Shown here in pieces: positions 28,627 through 38,616 of a DNA stretch of 64,000 nucleotides. The number at the start of each line of letters is the position of its first letter. Position 1 is the first letter of the stretch. Source of the stretch: Spirochaetia bacterium (GTDB lineage Bacteria > Spirochaetota > Spirochaetia > SZUA-6 > Bin103). The notes under the pieces are model-generated. The model worked only from the letters and a program-made list of their open reading frames with translations. It had not been told where the DNA came from and searched no databases. The translations under genes and the position numbers were made by a program. The stretch spans positions 480,001-544,000 of the forward strand of contig CBDBOV010000005.1 of the NCBI GenBank assembly GCA_965208575.1. Reading direction: 5' to 3'.

Positions 28627-28933
28627 ACGGGATATCGCCGCGGAAGTCCTCAAAGGGCTACGCGAGGTTCAGGAGTACCGAGCGGACACGCGCACGTTGC
28701 GGACGACGCGCGTCGAGGCCGCGCCGCTGCCCGGACTCACGGCCGAACAGATCAGGGGGATTCGCCGGGAGATCGACGTATCAAGGGCGGTATTTGCCGG
28801 TCTGCTCCGCGTGCCGGTGCGTACCGTCGAGGGCTGGGAGCAGGGCAAGTCCAGCCCGCCGGCGGCCGCTGCGGCGCTCATACTGATGGCCCGCAAGTAC
28901 CCTGACACCTTCGATCGGTTGGCGTCACTGTGA
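28619..28933 (+). CDS. HTH antitoxin (HigA-like)
   Basis: IRREIDVSRAVFAGLLRVPVRTVEGWEQG; toxin-first gene order. Confidence 0.85.
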   Translation: MAERDIAAEVLKGLREVQEYRADTRTLRTTRVEAAPLPGLTAEQIRGIRREIDVSRAVFAGLLRVPVRTVEGWEQGKSSPPAAAAALILMARKYPDTFDRLASL

Positions 28934-28973
28934 GTCGCCTTCGCGCGAGCTGACCCACGGGCCAATATCGCGG

Positions 28974-30083
28974 TCAGGCCAAGGCGCTCCAGAAGGCGGT
29001 GATGAGGCGGTTTACTTCGGGGGCGCGTTCCATCTGCACCATGTGGCCGGTGTTGTCGAGGATGTGCACGTTGTCCTGGTTGGGCAGGGCGCGGGCGTGG
29101 CCGGCGGGGATGATGCGGTCGTCGGCGCCCCAGATCACCAGGGTGGGGACGGTGTCGAGCACCTGGCGCGCCTCCTCGGACAGTTCGGCGGGGTCGGAGA
29201 GCTGGTAGGCGAGCGCCTCCAGGCACTCCTGCACGCCGTCGAGCCGCTTGTACTTGAGCAGGTCGGCGACCAGCTGGCGGGTGACCAGCGACGGGTCGGC
29301 GAACAGCTCGCGCACGTGCGGCCTCAGCTCGCGGCGGTTGCGGGCGGCGGTGAACCCCTGCAGGTACTCGGTGTTGATCTCGGGGCCGAGGCCGGCGCTG
29401 GCGAGCAGGGTCAGCGAGCGCACCAGCTCGGGCCGCGACTGCGCCAGTAGCAGGGCGATCGCCCCGCCCATGGAGTGGCCGACCCAGTCGGCCTCGGTTA
29501 CGCCGAGCTTGTCCATCATGTTCTGTAGCACGTGCACCATGCACAGCAGGTTGCCATTGGCCACCTTCTTGGTGGTCAGGCCGTGGCCCGGCAGGTCGGG
29601 TGCAATCACGGTGCGGTCGCCGATCAGCGCCGGCTGATTGAACAGCCAGTTGCCCAGGTCGCCGCCGAAGCCGTGCAGCAGGACCGCGGTCCGGGCGGCG
29701 GACCCCTGCAGCAGGTAGTTGATGGAGAACTCGCCCACCTGGATCGTCTCGGTCTGGTCGCCGCCCTCCTCGGCGCCCGCTTCCTCGGGCACGAAGCTCT
29801 CCTGGAACTGCTGCACGAAGGCGTCGACCTCCGCGTCGGGCGTGTCGGCGCCGGCCACGACGCCGAGCAGGGCGCCCACCGGCAGCGTGTCGCCGGTCGC
29901 GGCCACGGTGCGGCGCAGGGTGCCGGCATCGGCCACCTCCACCGCGCCGGCGATCTTCTCCGTCTCCACCAGCACCACCTCGGCGCCCGACTCGACCGCG
30001 GCGCCCTCTGCCACCAGCCAGTCGCCCACCAGCCCCTCGGTCATGCTCAGCCCCCACTTGGGCATGGTGATCGCCTTAATCAT
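28974..30083 (-). CDS. acoC: Acetoin dehydrogenase E2 (lipoyl domain + alpha/beta hydrolase)
   Basis: MPKWGLSMTEG, lipoyl site VETEKIA, HGFGGD, GHSMGG. Confidence 0.88.
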   Translation of the reverse strand: MIKAITMPKWGLSMTEGLVGDWLVAEGAAVESGAEVVLVETEKIAGAVEVADAGTLRRTVAATGDTLPVGALLGVVAGADTPDAEVDAFVQQFQESFVPEEAGAEEGGDQTETIQVGEFSINYLLQGSAARTAVLLHGFGGDLGNWLFNQPALIGDRTVIAPDLPGHGLTTKKVANGNLLCMVHVLQNMMDKLGVTEADWVGHSMGGAIALLLAQSRPELVRSLTLLASAGLGPEINTEYLQGFTAARNRRELRPHVRELFADPSLVTRQLVADLLKYKRLDGVQECLEALAYQLSDPAELSEEARQVLDTVPTLVIWGADDRIIPAGHARALPNQDNVHILDNTGHMVQMERAPEVNRLITAFWSALA

Positions 30084-31080
30084 CGAGGGTGTCCCGCACG
30101 CAGCCGGCGATCTTCTCGGGGCTCGGCACGAAGTGCTTCTCCAGTTCCGGCGAGAACGGCACCGGCGTGTGCGGCGCCGTGACCATGCCGACCGGCGCCT
30201 TCAGGTCGCCGAACCCGTCGCGCGCCACCAGGGCGGCGACGTCGGCGGCGACGCTGCAGCGCGGCGGGGCCTCGTCCACCACCACCAGGTGGCCGGTGTT
30301 CTCGACGCTCTCCAGTATGGTGTCGGTGTCGAGCGGGGACAGCGAGCGCAGGTCGATCACCTCGCACTCGATGCCGTCGCCGGCCAGCCCGTCCGCCGCC
30401 TCGAGCGCGCGCTGCACCATCATGCCGTAGGTGGCGATGGTGACGTCGTCGCCGTCGCGGCGGATCTCCGCCTCGCCGAACGGAATGGTGTACTGCTCCT
30501 CCGGCACGTCGCCGGTGGTCTCGTAGATCTTCTTGTGCTCGCAGAATATCACCGGGTCGTTGTCGCGGATCGCCTCGATCATCAGCCCCTTGGCGTCGTA
30601 CGGCGTGGACGGGCACACCACCTTGATGCCGGGCACGTGGGTGAAGATCGAGGTCAGCGTCTGCGAGTGCTGGGCGGCGGCGGACAGTCCGGCGCCGTAC
30701 ATGGTGCGGATCACCACCGGCGTCTCCGCCTTGCCGCCGAACATGTAGCGGAACTTGGCCGCCTGGTTGAAGATCTGGTCGAAGCACACGCCCAGGAAGT
30801 CGATGAACATCAGCTCCGCGACCGGGCGCAGGCCGCAGGTGGCCGCGCCGATGGCGGCGCCCACGAACGCCGCCTCCGACAGCGGCGTGTCGAGCAGGCG
30901 GTCGCCGTACTCGCGGTACAGGCCCTTGTAGATGCCCATGGCGCCGCCCCACGCTTCCTGTTCGCCGGGGCTGCCGGTGCCGCCGATGATATCCTCGCCC
31001 ATCAGGATCACGCTCGAATCGCGCTCCATCTCCTGGTGGAACGCCTGGTTGATTGCCAGGCGAATCGTCAACTGTGCCAT
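30076..31080 (-). CDS. acoB: Acetoin dehydrogenase E1 beta
   Basis: AWGGAMG, DTPLSE, NQAAKFRYMFGGKA, AAQHSQ. Confidence 0.88.
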   Translation of the reverse strand: MAQLTIRLAINQAFHQEMERDSSVILMGEDIIGGTGSPGEQEAWGGAMGIYKGLYREYGDRLLDTPLSEAAFVGAAIGAATCGLRPVAELMFIDFLGVCFDQIFNQAAKFRYMFGGKAETPVVIRTMYGAGLSAAAQHSQTLTSIFTHVPGIKVVCPSTPYDAKGLMIEAIRDNDPVIFCEHKKIYETTGDVPEEQYTIPFGEAEIRRDGDDVTIATYGMMVQRALEAADGLAGDGIECEVIDLRSLSPLDTDTILESVENTGHLVVVDEAPPRCSVAADVAALVARDGFGDLKAPVGMVTAPHTPVPFSPELEKHFVPSPEKIAGCVRDTLDD

Positions 31081-31111
31081 CGTGTGTCTCCTCCTGCCTC
31101 GTCCGGCAGCC

Positions 31112-32095
31112 CTAATAGCTCACGTAAACGTCGGTGAGCAGGTCGTTCTCGGTGGGGTAGGGCGCCTGTTGCGCCTGCTCCACCGCCTCGTCGATCAACG
31201 CCGCGATCTCCCGGTCGATGCCATCGAGGTCCTCCTGCTGCAGCACGGCGGCCTCGGTCACCTGCTGCGCGAACCGGGCAAGGCAGTCGCGGCTGGCGCG
31301 GATCTCATCCACCTCGCCGGGCGCGCGGTAGGTCTGCGCGTCGCCTTCGAAGTGGCCGTAGAAGCGGATCATCTCGCACTCCAGGAGCGCCGGGCCGCCG
31401 CCCTTGCGGGCGCGGGCGATCATCTCTCCCGCCGCCTCGTGGACGGCGAAGAAGTCGGTGCCGTCCACGGTGACCCCCGGCATCCCGAACCCGGAGGCGC
31501 GGTCCACGTAGCTGTCCACCGCCACCGCGTAGTCGCGCGAGGTGGACTGGGCGTAGGCGTTGTTTTCCACCACGAAGATGGCCGGCAGGTCCCACACCGC
31601 GGCCAGGTTGAGGCTCTCCAGGAAGTTGCCGGCGTTGGAGGCGCCGTCGCCGATGAAGCTCACCGCCACGCCGCCGTCCTTCTTGTACTTGGAGGCCAGT
31701 GCGGCACCGCACACCAGTGGTGCGCCGGCGCCCAGGATGCCGTTGGCGCCCATCATGCCCATGTCCAGGTCGGCGATGTGCATGGAGCCGCCCTTGCCGC
31801 GGCAGGTGCCGGTGGCGCGTCCGTACAGCTCCGCGAACATGCCTCTGACATCGACGCCCTTGGCGATGCAGTGGCCGTGCCCGCGGTGCGTGCTGGCGAT
31901 GTGGTCGTTCGGCCCCAGGTGCATCATGACCCCGGTCGCCGCCGCTTCCTCGCCGGCGTACAGGTGCACGAAGCCGGGCAGGTCGCCGGTGGCGAACTCC
32001 ACGTGCACCCGTTCCTCGAACTCCCGGATCGTCTTCATGGTCCGGTAGGCCCGCAGCAGTTCCTCCCGGCTCAGAGGAAAGTTGTCGTTGCTCAT
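31112..32095 (-). CDS. acoA: Acetoin dehydrogenase E1 alpha (TPP-dependent)
   Basis: GFVHLYAGEEA, STHRGHGH, GDGA...ENN TPP motif. Confidence 0.88.
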   Translation of the reverse strand: MSNDNFPLSREELLRAYRTMKTIREFEERVHVEFATGDLPGFVHLYAGEEAAATGVMMHLGPNDHIASTHRGHGHCIAKGVDVRGMFAELYGRATGTCRGKGGSMHIADLDMGMMGANGILGAGAPLVCGAALASKYKKDGGVAVSFIGDGASNAGNFLESLNLAAVWDLPAIFVVENNAYAQSTSRDYAVAVDSYVDRASGFGMPGVTVDGTDFFAVHEAAGEMIARARKGGGPALLECEMIRFYGHFEGDAQTYRAPGEVDEIRASRDCLARFAQQVTEAAVLQQEDLDGIDREIAALIDEAVEQAQQAPYPTENDLLTDVYVSY

Positions 32096-32213
32096 CGCTT
32101 CTCCCGTAACGTGCAGCGCATCACGCGCTCCTGCCACCGACTATATCCCATCGCGACGCGAGAGTCCGCAACGGGTTTCATGGTCTTCGGTATTACGGCG
32201 TGATCGTGCCGAC

Positions 32214-32961
32214 TCAGAGCCAGTGGCGCCAGGCGCGCACGTCCACGCCGTTCCGGGTCGAGCTCTCCTCGCCTCCGTAGATGAGCGTGGCCGGGAGGCG
32301 CTGGCCGGCGAGCGAGCCCCAGTAGGCGAGGCCCTTGAACAGATCGGTCCGAATGGTCTCGCCGGATTTGATCTCCACCGGGTGTGCGCCGTCCGGCGTA
32401 TCGATCACCAGATCGATCTCGTTGCCCCGATGATCACGCCAGAAGTGGAGCCGTGGCAACTCCCCGGAGTGGTACGAGATCTTCAAGGCTTCGGCGATCA
32501 TCATGTTCTCGAACACGGCGCCGCGCAGCGGGTGGCGTGCCAACTGGTCATCATCGCGAACTTGCAACAGCCAACACAAGAGCCCGGTATCGACAAAGTA
32601 GAGCTTCGGACTCTTGATCAACCGCTTGTTGAAGTTGCGATGATGCGGCTGCAGGCGAAAGACCACGAAACTCGTCTCCAACACCGACAGCCAGCGGCGC
32701 GCCGTGTCATGGCTGATGATCCGGTACGTGCTGCACTTCATCGAGGATCACGCCGGCAGCGGAATGGTGACGCAGGAAGCCGCGCGGATCCTCGATGGCA
32801 AACCGGCGCTCGTCGGGTTGCTCCAGTGACACGTAGCCGAGTCTGGGAAACAGGTTGCGCAGCAGCGTGGTCTTACCCGACTGGCGGGGCCCGGTGACCG
32901 ACAGAACGGGAAAGCCGCCTGCCGTACGCCGAAGTGTGGCGGCCAGATGCCGAGGAATCAC
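32214..32961 (-). pseudogene. AAA_14/DUF4143 ATPase with an internal deletion
   Basis: TGPRQSGKTT and ILDEVQ are joined out of frame to KSPKLYFVDTG...EIDL...VEIKS. Confidence 0.8.
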
Positions 32962-33321
32962 GTATGAGCTGTACAGATACACGATAGGATCGTCAATGTG
33001 TACGCCGCCCCGGCGCACCCGGCGCCCCGCCGCCGCAAGGGTGCTCATGCTGCCGCGGGTGCCCGACAATCTCAGAACAGTCCGTCCATCCGTCCAAATC
33101 CGTCCATTGTTGTGCCGGTTGACTTGTTGGCCGCAGGTGTGCGAGAGTAGGCGCCTCTGGTTGGAATGGATGAACCAGACGGCTGACAACACCACTCACT
33201 GCCACCGGTCAGCGCCCCAAGAGCGGCGCCCGAGGCGTCCGGCGCGTCCTATCCTCGCCTACCCCCCCCCCTTCGCCTGGCGCGCGAAAGTCTACAGAAG
33301 CAGCATAGCCTACTTAGCCTA

Positions 33322-35403
33322 CTAGCGTGAGTTTCCTAGTTATTTCGGGTGGCTGGTAGTTTGAGTGGATAAGTCATTTTAGGATAGCAAGTTACTCGCT
33401 ATCCTGTCGGACGGGGCTTGTATACACTGACCGTGGTGCTGTCAGGGATGGGCGTGTCGGTATACGTCAAGTAGGCGGCACAGTTTGTCTTGCAGGGACG
33501 ACCGTTCAGAGAGCACGTATTGAGCCCGGTAGCGCCCTCTGGTGGCCGGCTCAGGCGCGGCGTAGAGGTTGACCACTTCGGTCACGCCGCTGAGTTCCGT
33601 CAGTAGTTGCTCGATGGTAAGGAGTTGTCCGCCGTCGGCCGCCTTGCGTTGCAGCAGCGAACTCAGCAGCAGTGCCAACACACAATAGAACACGTGTACG
33701 CGCAGCTTCTGATCGGTCCAGTGGAAGGTCGGCGAGAAGCTCACCCAGTGGGGATTCTTCATCTGCTTGAACGCCCGCTCCACGTGATGTTGAGCGCGGC
33801 TGGCCAAGATGATCTCCTGGTCGCTCCACGACTCGTTGTCGGTGCACAGGATGCGTTTGCCCAAGCGCCGGCGTTGCAAGCGCTGGTACGCTGCCCAATC
33901 GGTGCGAAATCGAAAACTGAGCACGCCGTCGGATTCGCTGATCTGAACCTTGAGAATCTGCTTTACGTACTGACCCGAGGTGATCGTGTCGAAATGCTTC
34001 TGCAAGGATGCTCTGCTGTAGCCTTTGCCCTTTGCTCCCGGTAGCTGGCTGCGCGCCAGCTTGCTGCGCAAGGCGCGCAACGCAGCGCGCTTCTTGCGCA
34101 ACGCGTGGTTGATCCCAGCCAGCTGCCCGTCCAGCAACCGGCGACTGTTGGTGACCACCACGGTGCGGCGCTCACCCCAGATCACCTTGTCGCTGCGGTA
34201 AGCGGTCACCCCGGCCAGCCGTGGGTCAGTGAAGGAGTGAAACCTGCCGGCGGGAACCGCCAGCAGATCCTCGTGCTGAGTCACGGTCAAGGAGGTGACG
34301 AAATGGTATGGGCCGGCTTGCAGCGCCTCGATATTCGCTCTCGAGGTGTTGCCGCCATCGAACACCAGCGTGACATCTTCGCAGTCCTGGGCCAACTGCT
34401 TGCAGCGGCTGATCAGCGTCTCGATCAAGCTCGAGAACATCGCGGCGTCATTCTGATTTCCCGGATACGGGTGTGAGAGCAGCGGAATGTGGTAGTCGCA
34501 GCTTACCAGGAGTGCCAAGCCCAGGATCCGCAGATCGGCGCGTTTGCTTTTCGCGTGGCCACGTTGTGCCAGTGCACTGACGGTGCGACTGTCGATGAAC
34601 GTATCGAAGTTGGTCGCATCGAAGATGAGCGGTCGCAGATCGATCCGGTAGTGGTCGATCACCCGCTGCGCCAGTTGTTGCTCAATCGCGCCGATGGCAG
34701 CGCTGTCGAGCATGTTCATGTGATCCCAGAATCGCTGACTGGCGAGCGAGCGCTGTGCAGCGGGGAGCAGCCGATTCAACACCGTGCGTCGATACCACTG
34801 GTACAGAGAAGCCTTGCTGGAGGCGGCCACACAACGGTTCAGCGCCGCCACCAGCAGATACTGTCCGCAGGACAGTCCTTGGTCTCGCTTGGGGACCTGG
34901 GTATCGATAAGGCCCACCACATCCAACTCTTGGGCGATCTGCCAGAGCGCGGCCAACGCACCGAACTGAATGACCTTCGCCTTTGCCGGTCGGGTGGGAG
35001 CCTCACGGAGGCGCTGGAGCAACTTCTCTGCGCTGCCGAGATGTTCGAGGACGATGGGACGTGGTTTGCCGTTGACGCGTCTGGACTCGACGATCTGCCA
35101 GTAGGTGTGCCCGCGGGAGACCTTTTTCTGGAGGGTGGCCACTGCAATCAGTGTATACACTTAGTACGGAGACAGTCAAGGAGAACCGGCATGAGTGGGT
35201 CGGAAGGATCGAAGAGGGGATACTTCGAGTAGTATTGAGGAAGCTGTCCGGCACGGCGCTCGATATATTCAGTGTATACACTGATCCTCTCAAGAGGAGA
35301 GTCCACTTCCGTGAACCTATCTTGTTTCATGGTAACAACTTATCTGGATGAACCAGAGAATCCCGCGGTCAAATCAACGGGATAAGTAGGAAGGTCAGGC
35401 TAG
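33322..35403 (-). mobile_element. IS1634-family insertion sequence
   Basis: Imperfect 26-bp terminal inverted repeats (ctagcgtgagtttcctagttatttcg / rc ctagcctgaccttcctacttatcccg, 20/26 identical) around a DDE transposase. The CTAG at both ends may be the target duplication. Confidence 0.75.
33442..35160 (-). CDS. IS1634-family DDE transposase
   Basis: N-terminal YWQIVESRRVNGKPR; FDATN, VFDGG, VERAFKQMK, HWTDQKLRVH. Confidence 0.85.
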   Translation of the reverse strand: MYTLIAVATLQKKVSRGHTYWQIVESRRVNGKPRPIVLEHLGSAEKLLQRLREAPTRPAKAKVIQFGALAALWQIAQELDVVGLIDTQVPKRDQGLSCGQYLLVAALNRCVAASSKASLYQWYRRTVLNRLLPAAQRSLASQRFWDHMNMLDSAAIGAIEQQLAQRVIDHYRIDLRPLIFDATNFDTFIDSRTVSALAQRGHAKSKRADLRILGLALLVSCDYHIPLLSHPYPGNQNDAAMFSSLIETLISRCKQLAQDCEDVTLVFDGGNTSRANIEALQAGPYHFVTSLTVTQHEDLLAVPAGRFHSFTDPRLAGVTAYRSDKVIWGERRTVVVTNSRRLLDGQLAGINHALRKKRAALRALRSKLARSQLPGAKGKGYSRASLQKHFDTITSGQYVKQILKVQISESDGVLSFRFRTDWAAYQRLQRRRLGKRILCTDNESWSDQEIILASRAQHHVERAFKQMKNPHWVSFSPTFHWTDQKLRVHVFYCVLALLLSSLLQRKAADGGQLLTIEQLLTELSGVTEVVNLYAAPEPATRGRYRAQYVLSERSSLQDKLCRLLDVYRHAHP

Positions 35404-35653
35404 ACAGCCGTGACGGCGCATTCGGCCGCGCCCTCGATTCCTTCGCCGCCGCCCGTGCCGACAGCGCGGCGGCTCCCGCAGACGTCCACACCCAGCGCCC
35501 TTCACTCCCACGCGGCCGCCGGCTTTGCGCCGTCCTCCTCACGTGGCGGGGCGCCACCACCACCACCATCATGCAAAAGCCGGTGTTACCGGCGCAACAA
35601 AAAACACGGGCTACGGGTCGCAGACCCACGATCCCGAAACAAGGAGGAGCACT

Positions 35654-37447
35654 ATGGCTCTTCGATTCTTTTGGTTCATAACACTGGCGCTTGCGCTGGT
35701 GGCGACCGCTGGGTTTGCCGCAGGCGACAGCGACAGCGACGACCCGGCGTCCGCCGCAGAGAAGGAAATGGTGCTCGACCCGACCACCGGCAAGATGGTC
35801 GTCGCGCCCCAGTATGGCGGCACACTGACACGCGCCCGAAATGCTCCATGCGACGGTACTGACATCTGGATAACCAGATGTGGAAATATCACAGCCGGTG
35901 GCGTCGTGGAGAAGCTGGGCATCGCGGACTGGGCAACGCCCAGGGACGAATACGACTTCCACAGACTCCAAGCTCCAGACCACACGATTGGGAGTCTGGC
36001 GGAAAGCTGGTCGCAGCCCGACCCACTGACTTATATCGTCAAAGTCCGCCAGGGCGTTCACTGGCATGATAAGCCGCCGATGAACGGGCGGGAGCTGACT
36101 GCCCAAGATGTGGAATATAACTTTCAGCGTATCTTGGGACTTGGCAGCGGTTTCACCGAACCTGCCGAAATTGCTTCATTCGATAAGTGGTCAGGTGTGA
36201 AAGTGGAATCGATAACGGCCACCGACAAATGGACGGTTGAGTTTAAGCTGAAGGAGCGCAACCTCCGTGCGCTGGCTGCTATCCTCAACGATGAGAGCGG
36301 TGGTATATACCCCCCCGAAGTGATCAAGGAACACGGAGACGCTAACGACTGGAGGAACCTGGTCGGCACCGGGCCCTTCATGCTGACCGACTGGGTCCAG
36401 GGCAGCTCTCTTACCTGGGACAAGAATCCTGACTACTGGGGCTACGACGAAAAATACCCGGGGAACAGCTTGCCCTATATTGACCAGCTAAGGGCTCTGG
36501 TTATGCCCGAACCGGCGACACGTCTGGCGGCCCTGCGCTCGGGGAGGATTGACTACGTAGGTTTTATCGGCACGACTATGATCCAGGCTCTCGAGCAGGT
36601 AGAAAGCCTCCTGAAGACCAACCCCGAACTCGGGATATGGCCGGCTGCCGCTGCGTCGAATAATAGTATGGGCATGAACATTCAGTTGCCGCCCTTCGAC
36701 GACATCAGGGTGCGCAAGGCACTGCAGATGGCACTAAACCTCGAAGAAATTAACCACGCGATGTATGGTGGCTATGCTGACATAATACCTCAGGGGCAGC
36801 TAAGTCGGCATATTAAACAGGCAGTCATCCAATTCGAAGACTGGCCCGAAGATGTCAAGAGGGTCTTTGACTACGATCCGGATGGTGCCGAAGCGTTGCT
36901 TGATGAGGCTGGATATCCGCGCGGTGCCGACGGCATCAGATTTGAGACCGACCTTATGCAGCTCGACCGGTACGATACAGACTATATGGAATTGGCCGTT
37001 TCGTACTGGAAAAAGATCGGCGTGAATGTAGAGATTGAGGTAGAGGGCGCTAACTTTGGCGCTAGACGAACGTCGAGAGATTATAGAATGATGCAAACGG
37101 ACTCGGCCGCGAAAGTGTCCGCATTGGGATGGGGCGGCGGGATGCGCTTTTTGCCGGAAACACATTGGAACACCTCCAATACCGACGACCCGTGGTATAA
37201 CGCCAAGTTTGAGGAGAAGAGAGCCGCTACCACCATGGCGGAAGTCAACAGGATAACTAAGGAGCTTAATCAGTATGCGATAGAGCAGTTCTGGTCGCTG
37301 TTTGGTCCTGTCGCCCCAACGTATGCCGTGAGTCAGCCGTGGATCATAGGCTATAACGGTGAAGGAGATATGGGAAATGGTCAGTTTAACCCCGTCTTCG
37401 CCAGGGTCTGGATTGATAGTGAGCTGAAGGAAGCCATGGGCTTCTAG
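35654..37447 (+). CDS. Family-5 ABC substrate-binding protein
   Basis: AAGGAGG RBS, signal peptide ending GFAAG, and the same conserved blocks as the other SBPs. Confidence 0.9.
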   Translation: MALRFFWFITLALALVATAGFAAGDSDSDDPASAAEKEMVLDPTTGKMVVAPQYGGTLTRARNAPCDGTDIWITRCGNITAGGVVEKLGIADWATPRDEYDFHRLQAPDHTIGSLAESWSQPDPLTYIVKVRQGVHWHDKPPMNGRELTAQDVEYNFQRILGLGSGFTEPAEIASFDKWSGVKVESITATDKWTVEFKLKERNLRALAAILNDESGGIYPPEVIKEHGDANDWRNLVGTGPFMLTDWVQGSSLTWDKNPDYWGYDEKYPGNSLPYIDQLRALVMPEPATRLAALRSGRIDYVGFIGTTMIQALEQVESLLKTNPELGIWPAAAASNNSMGMNIQLPPFDDIRVRKALQMALNLEEINHAMYGGYADIIPQGQLSRHIKQAVIQFEDWPEDVKRVFDYDPDGAEALLDEAGYPRGADGIRFETDLMQLDRYDTDYMELAVSYWKKIGVNVEIEVEGANFGARRTSRDYRMMQTDSAAKVSALGWGGGMRFLPETHWNTSNTDDPWYNAKFEEKRAATTMAEVNRITKELNQYAIEQFWSLFGPVAPTYAVSQPWIIGYNGEGDMGNGQFNPVFARVWIDSELKEAMGF

Positions 37448-37602
37448 ATTTCAAACCCCTTGTAGGCTGGGAACAGGCCCCGTAAAATCTCCGATTTTGC
37501 GGGGTCCCAGTGAGAGTTCTGTGTTCTCGTATTCTCGCTGTCGGTGGGGTTCGGTGGGGGGTAGTGGACGTCTGAGCTCGCAATGAAGAGGCGTAGTGTT
37601 AC

Positions 37603-38616
37603 ATGAGAGCCTATATCATCAGGCGGTTTATGCTGATAATCCCCACTCTGTTGATATTGACCATCCTGGTGTTTCTCTCGGTCCGCTTCCTCCCGGGCGA
37701 TACAATAGACGCAATGTTAGTCAATATGGTGGGTGACCTGGGATTCTATGGGCCCGGGGAGGCGCCCCGTGAAGCTCTCGAGCGTCGGCTGGGATTAGAC
37801 GTGCCTGTCTACGTGCAGTATGGGCGCTGGATCGGAGTGCTGCCAACCCCCGACTGGGTTACGGGAGAGTCCCACTTGAGAGGTCTCCTCCAGGGCACCC
37901 TTGGCACGTCACTGTGGGGCGCATGGGCGGTAGAGGAGAGAATACTCGATAGATTGCCCGTAACCATTGAGCTTGGTTTGCTGGCAATGCTCATCGGGCT
38001 GGTGATGGCGGTGCCCGTCGGCATCTTTTCGGCGATTCGCCAAGATACGGTGGCCGACTACGCCGGGCGCTCCGTCGCCATCCTTGGCCTGGCAACGCCT
38101 AACTTCTGGCTGGGAATCATGGTCATGCTCTACCCGGCAATCTGGTGGGGCTGGTCGCCGCCGCTGGAGCTGATTCCTTTTGCCGAAGATCCGCTGGGCA
38201 ATCTCGGGGTGTTTATCATTCCGAGCCTGATTCTGGGGACCGCCATGGCCGCAGCCACGATGCGGCTGACGCGCACCATGATGCTGGAGGTGCTCCGCCA
38301 GGACTACATCAGGACCGCCTGGTCCAAGGGTCTCAGGGAGAGGGCGGTCGTCATGAGACACGCCGTCAAGAATGCACTCATACCGGTGGTTACGTTGATA
38401 GGCCTGCAGTTGCCTCTCCTGGTAGGCGGCTCGGTGATCATAGAGAACATATTCAACCTGCCGGGGCTGGGTCGTCTCATGGTGACTGCACTCCAGGGCA
38501 GAGACTACCCGGTCGTCTCGGGAGTAAATCTGTTTTTCGCCGCTGCGGTTGTGGGGTTCAATCTCATCACCGACCTGGTCTATGCTTTCTTGGACCCCAG
38601 GGTCCGGTATGAATAA
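37603..38616 (+). CDS. ABC permease (DppB-like)
   Basis: DYIRTAWSKGL, DPRVRYE. Confidence 0.92.
   Translation: MRAYIIRRFMLIIPTLLILTILVFLSVRFLPGDTIDAMLVNMVGDLGFYGPGEAPREALERRLGLDVPVYVQYGRWIGVLPTPDWVTGESHLRGLLQGTLGTSLWGAWAVEERILDRLPVTIELGLLAMLIGLVMAVPVGIFSAIRQDTVADYAGRSVAILGLATPNFWLGIMVMLYPAIWWGWSPPLELIPFAEDPLGNLGVFIIPSLILGTAMAAATMRLTRTMMLEVLRQDYIRTAWSKGLRERAVVMRHAVKNALIPVVTLIGLQLPLLVGGSVIIENIFNLPGLGRLMVTALQGRDYPVVSGVNLFFAAAVVGFNLITDLVYAFLDPRVRYE

Noticed and set aside
33081-33323. TCCGTCCA x3, a poly-C run and TAGCCTACT x2 near the IS end
   Set aside because: Short low-complexity repeats with no supportable function.
3565-37447. Diversity-generating retroelement acting on SBPs
   Set aside because: No reverse transcriptase and no TR/VR pair with adenine-specific differences; the divergence is spread across the genes.
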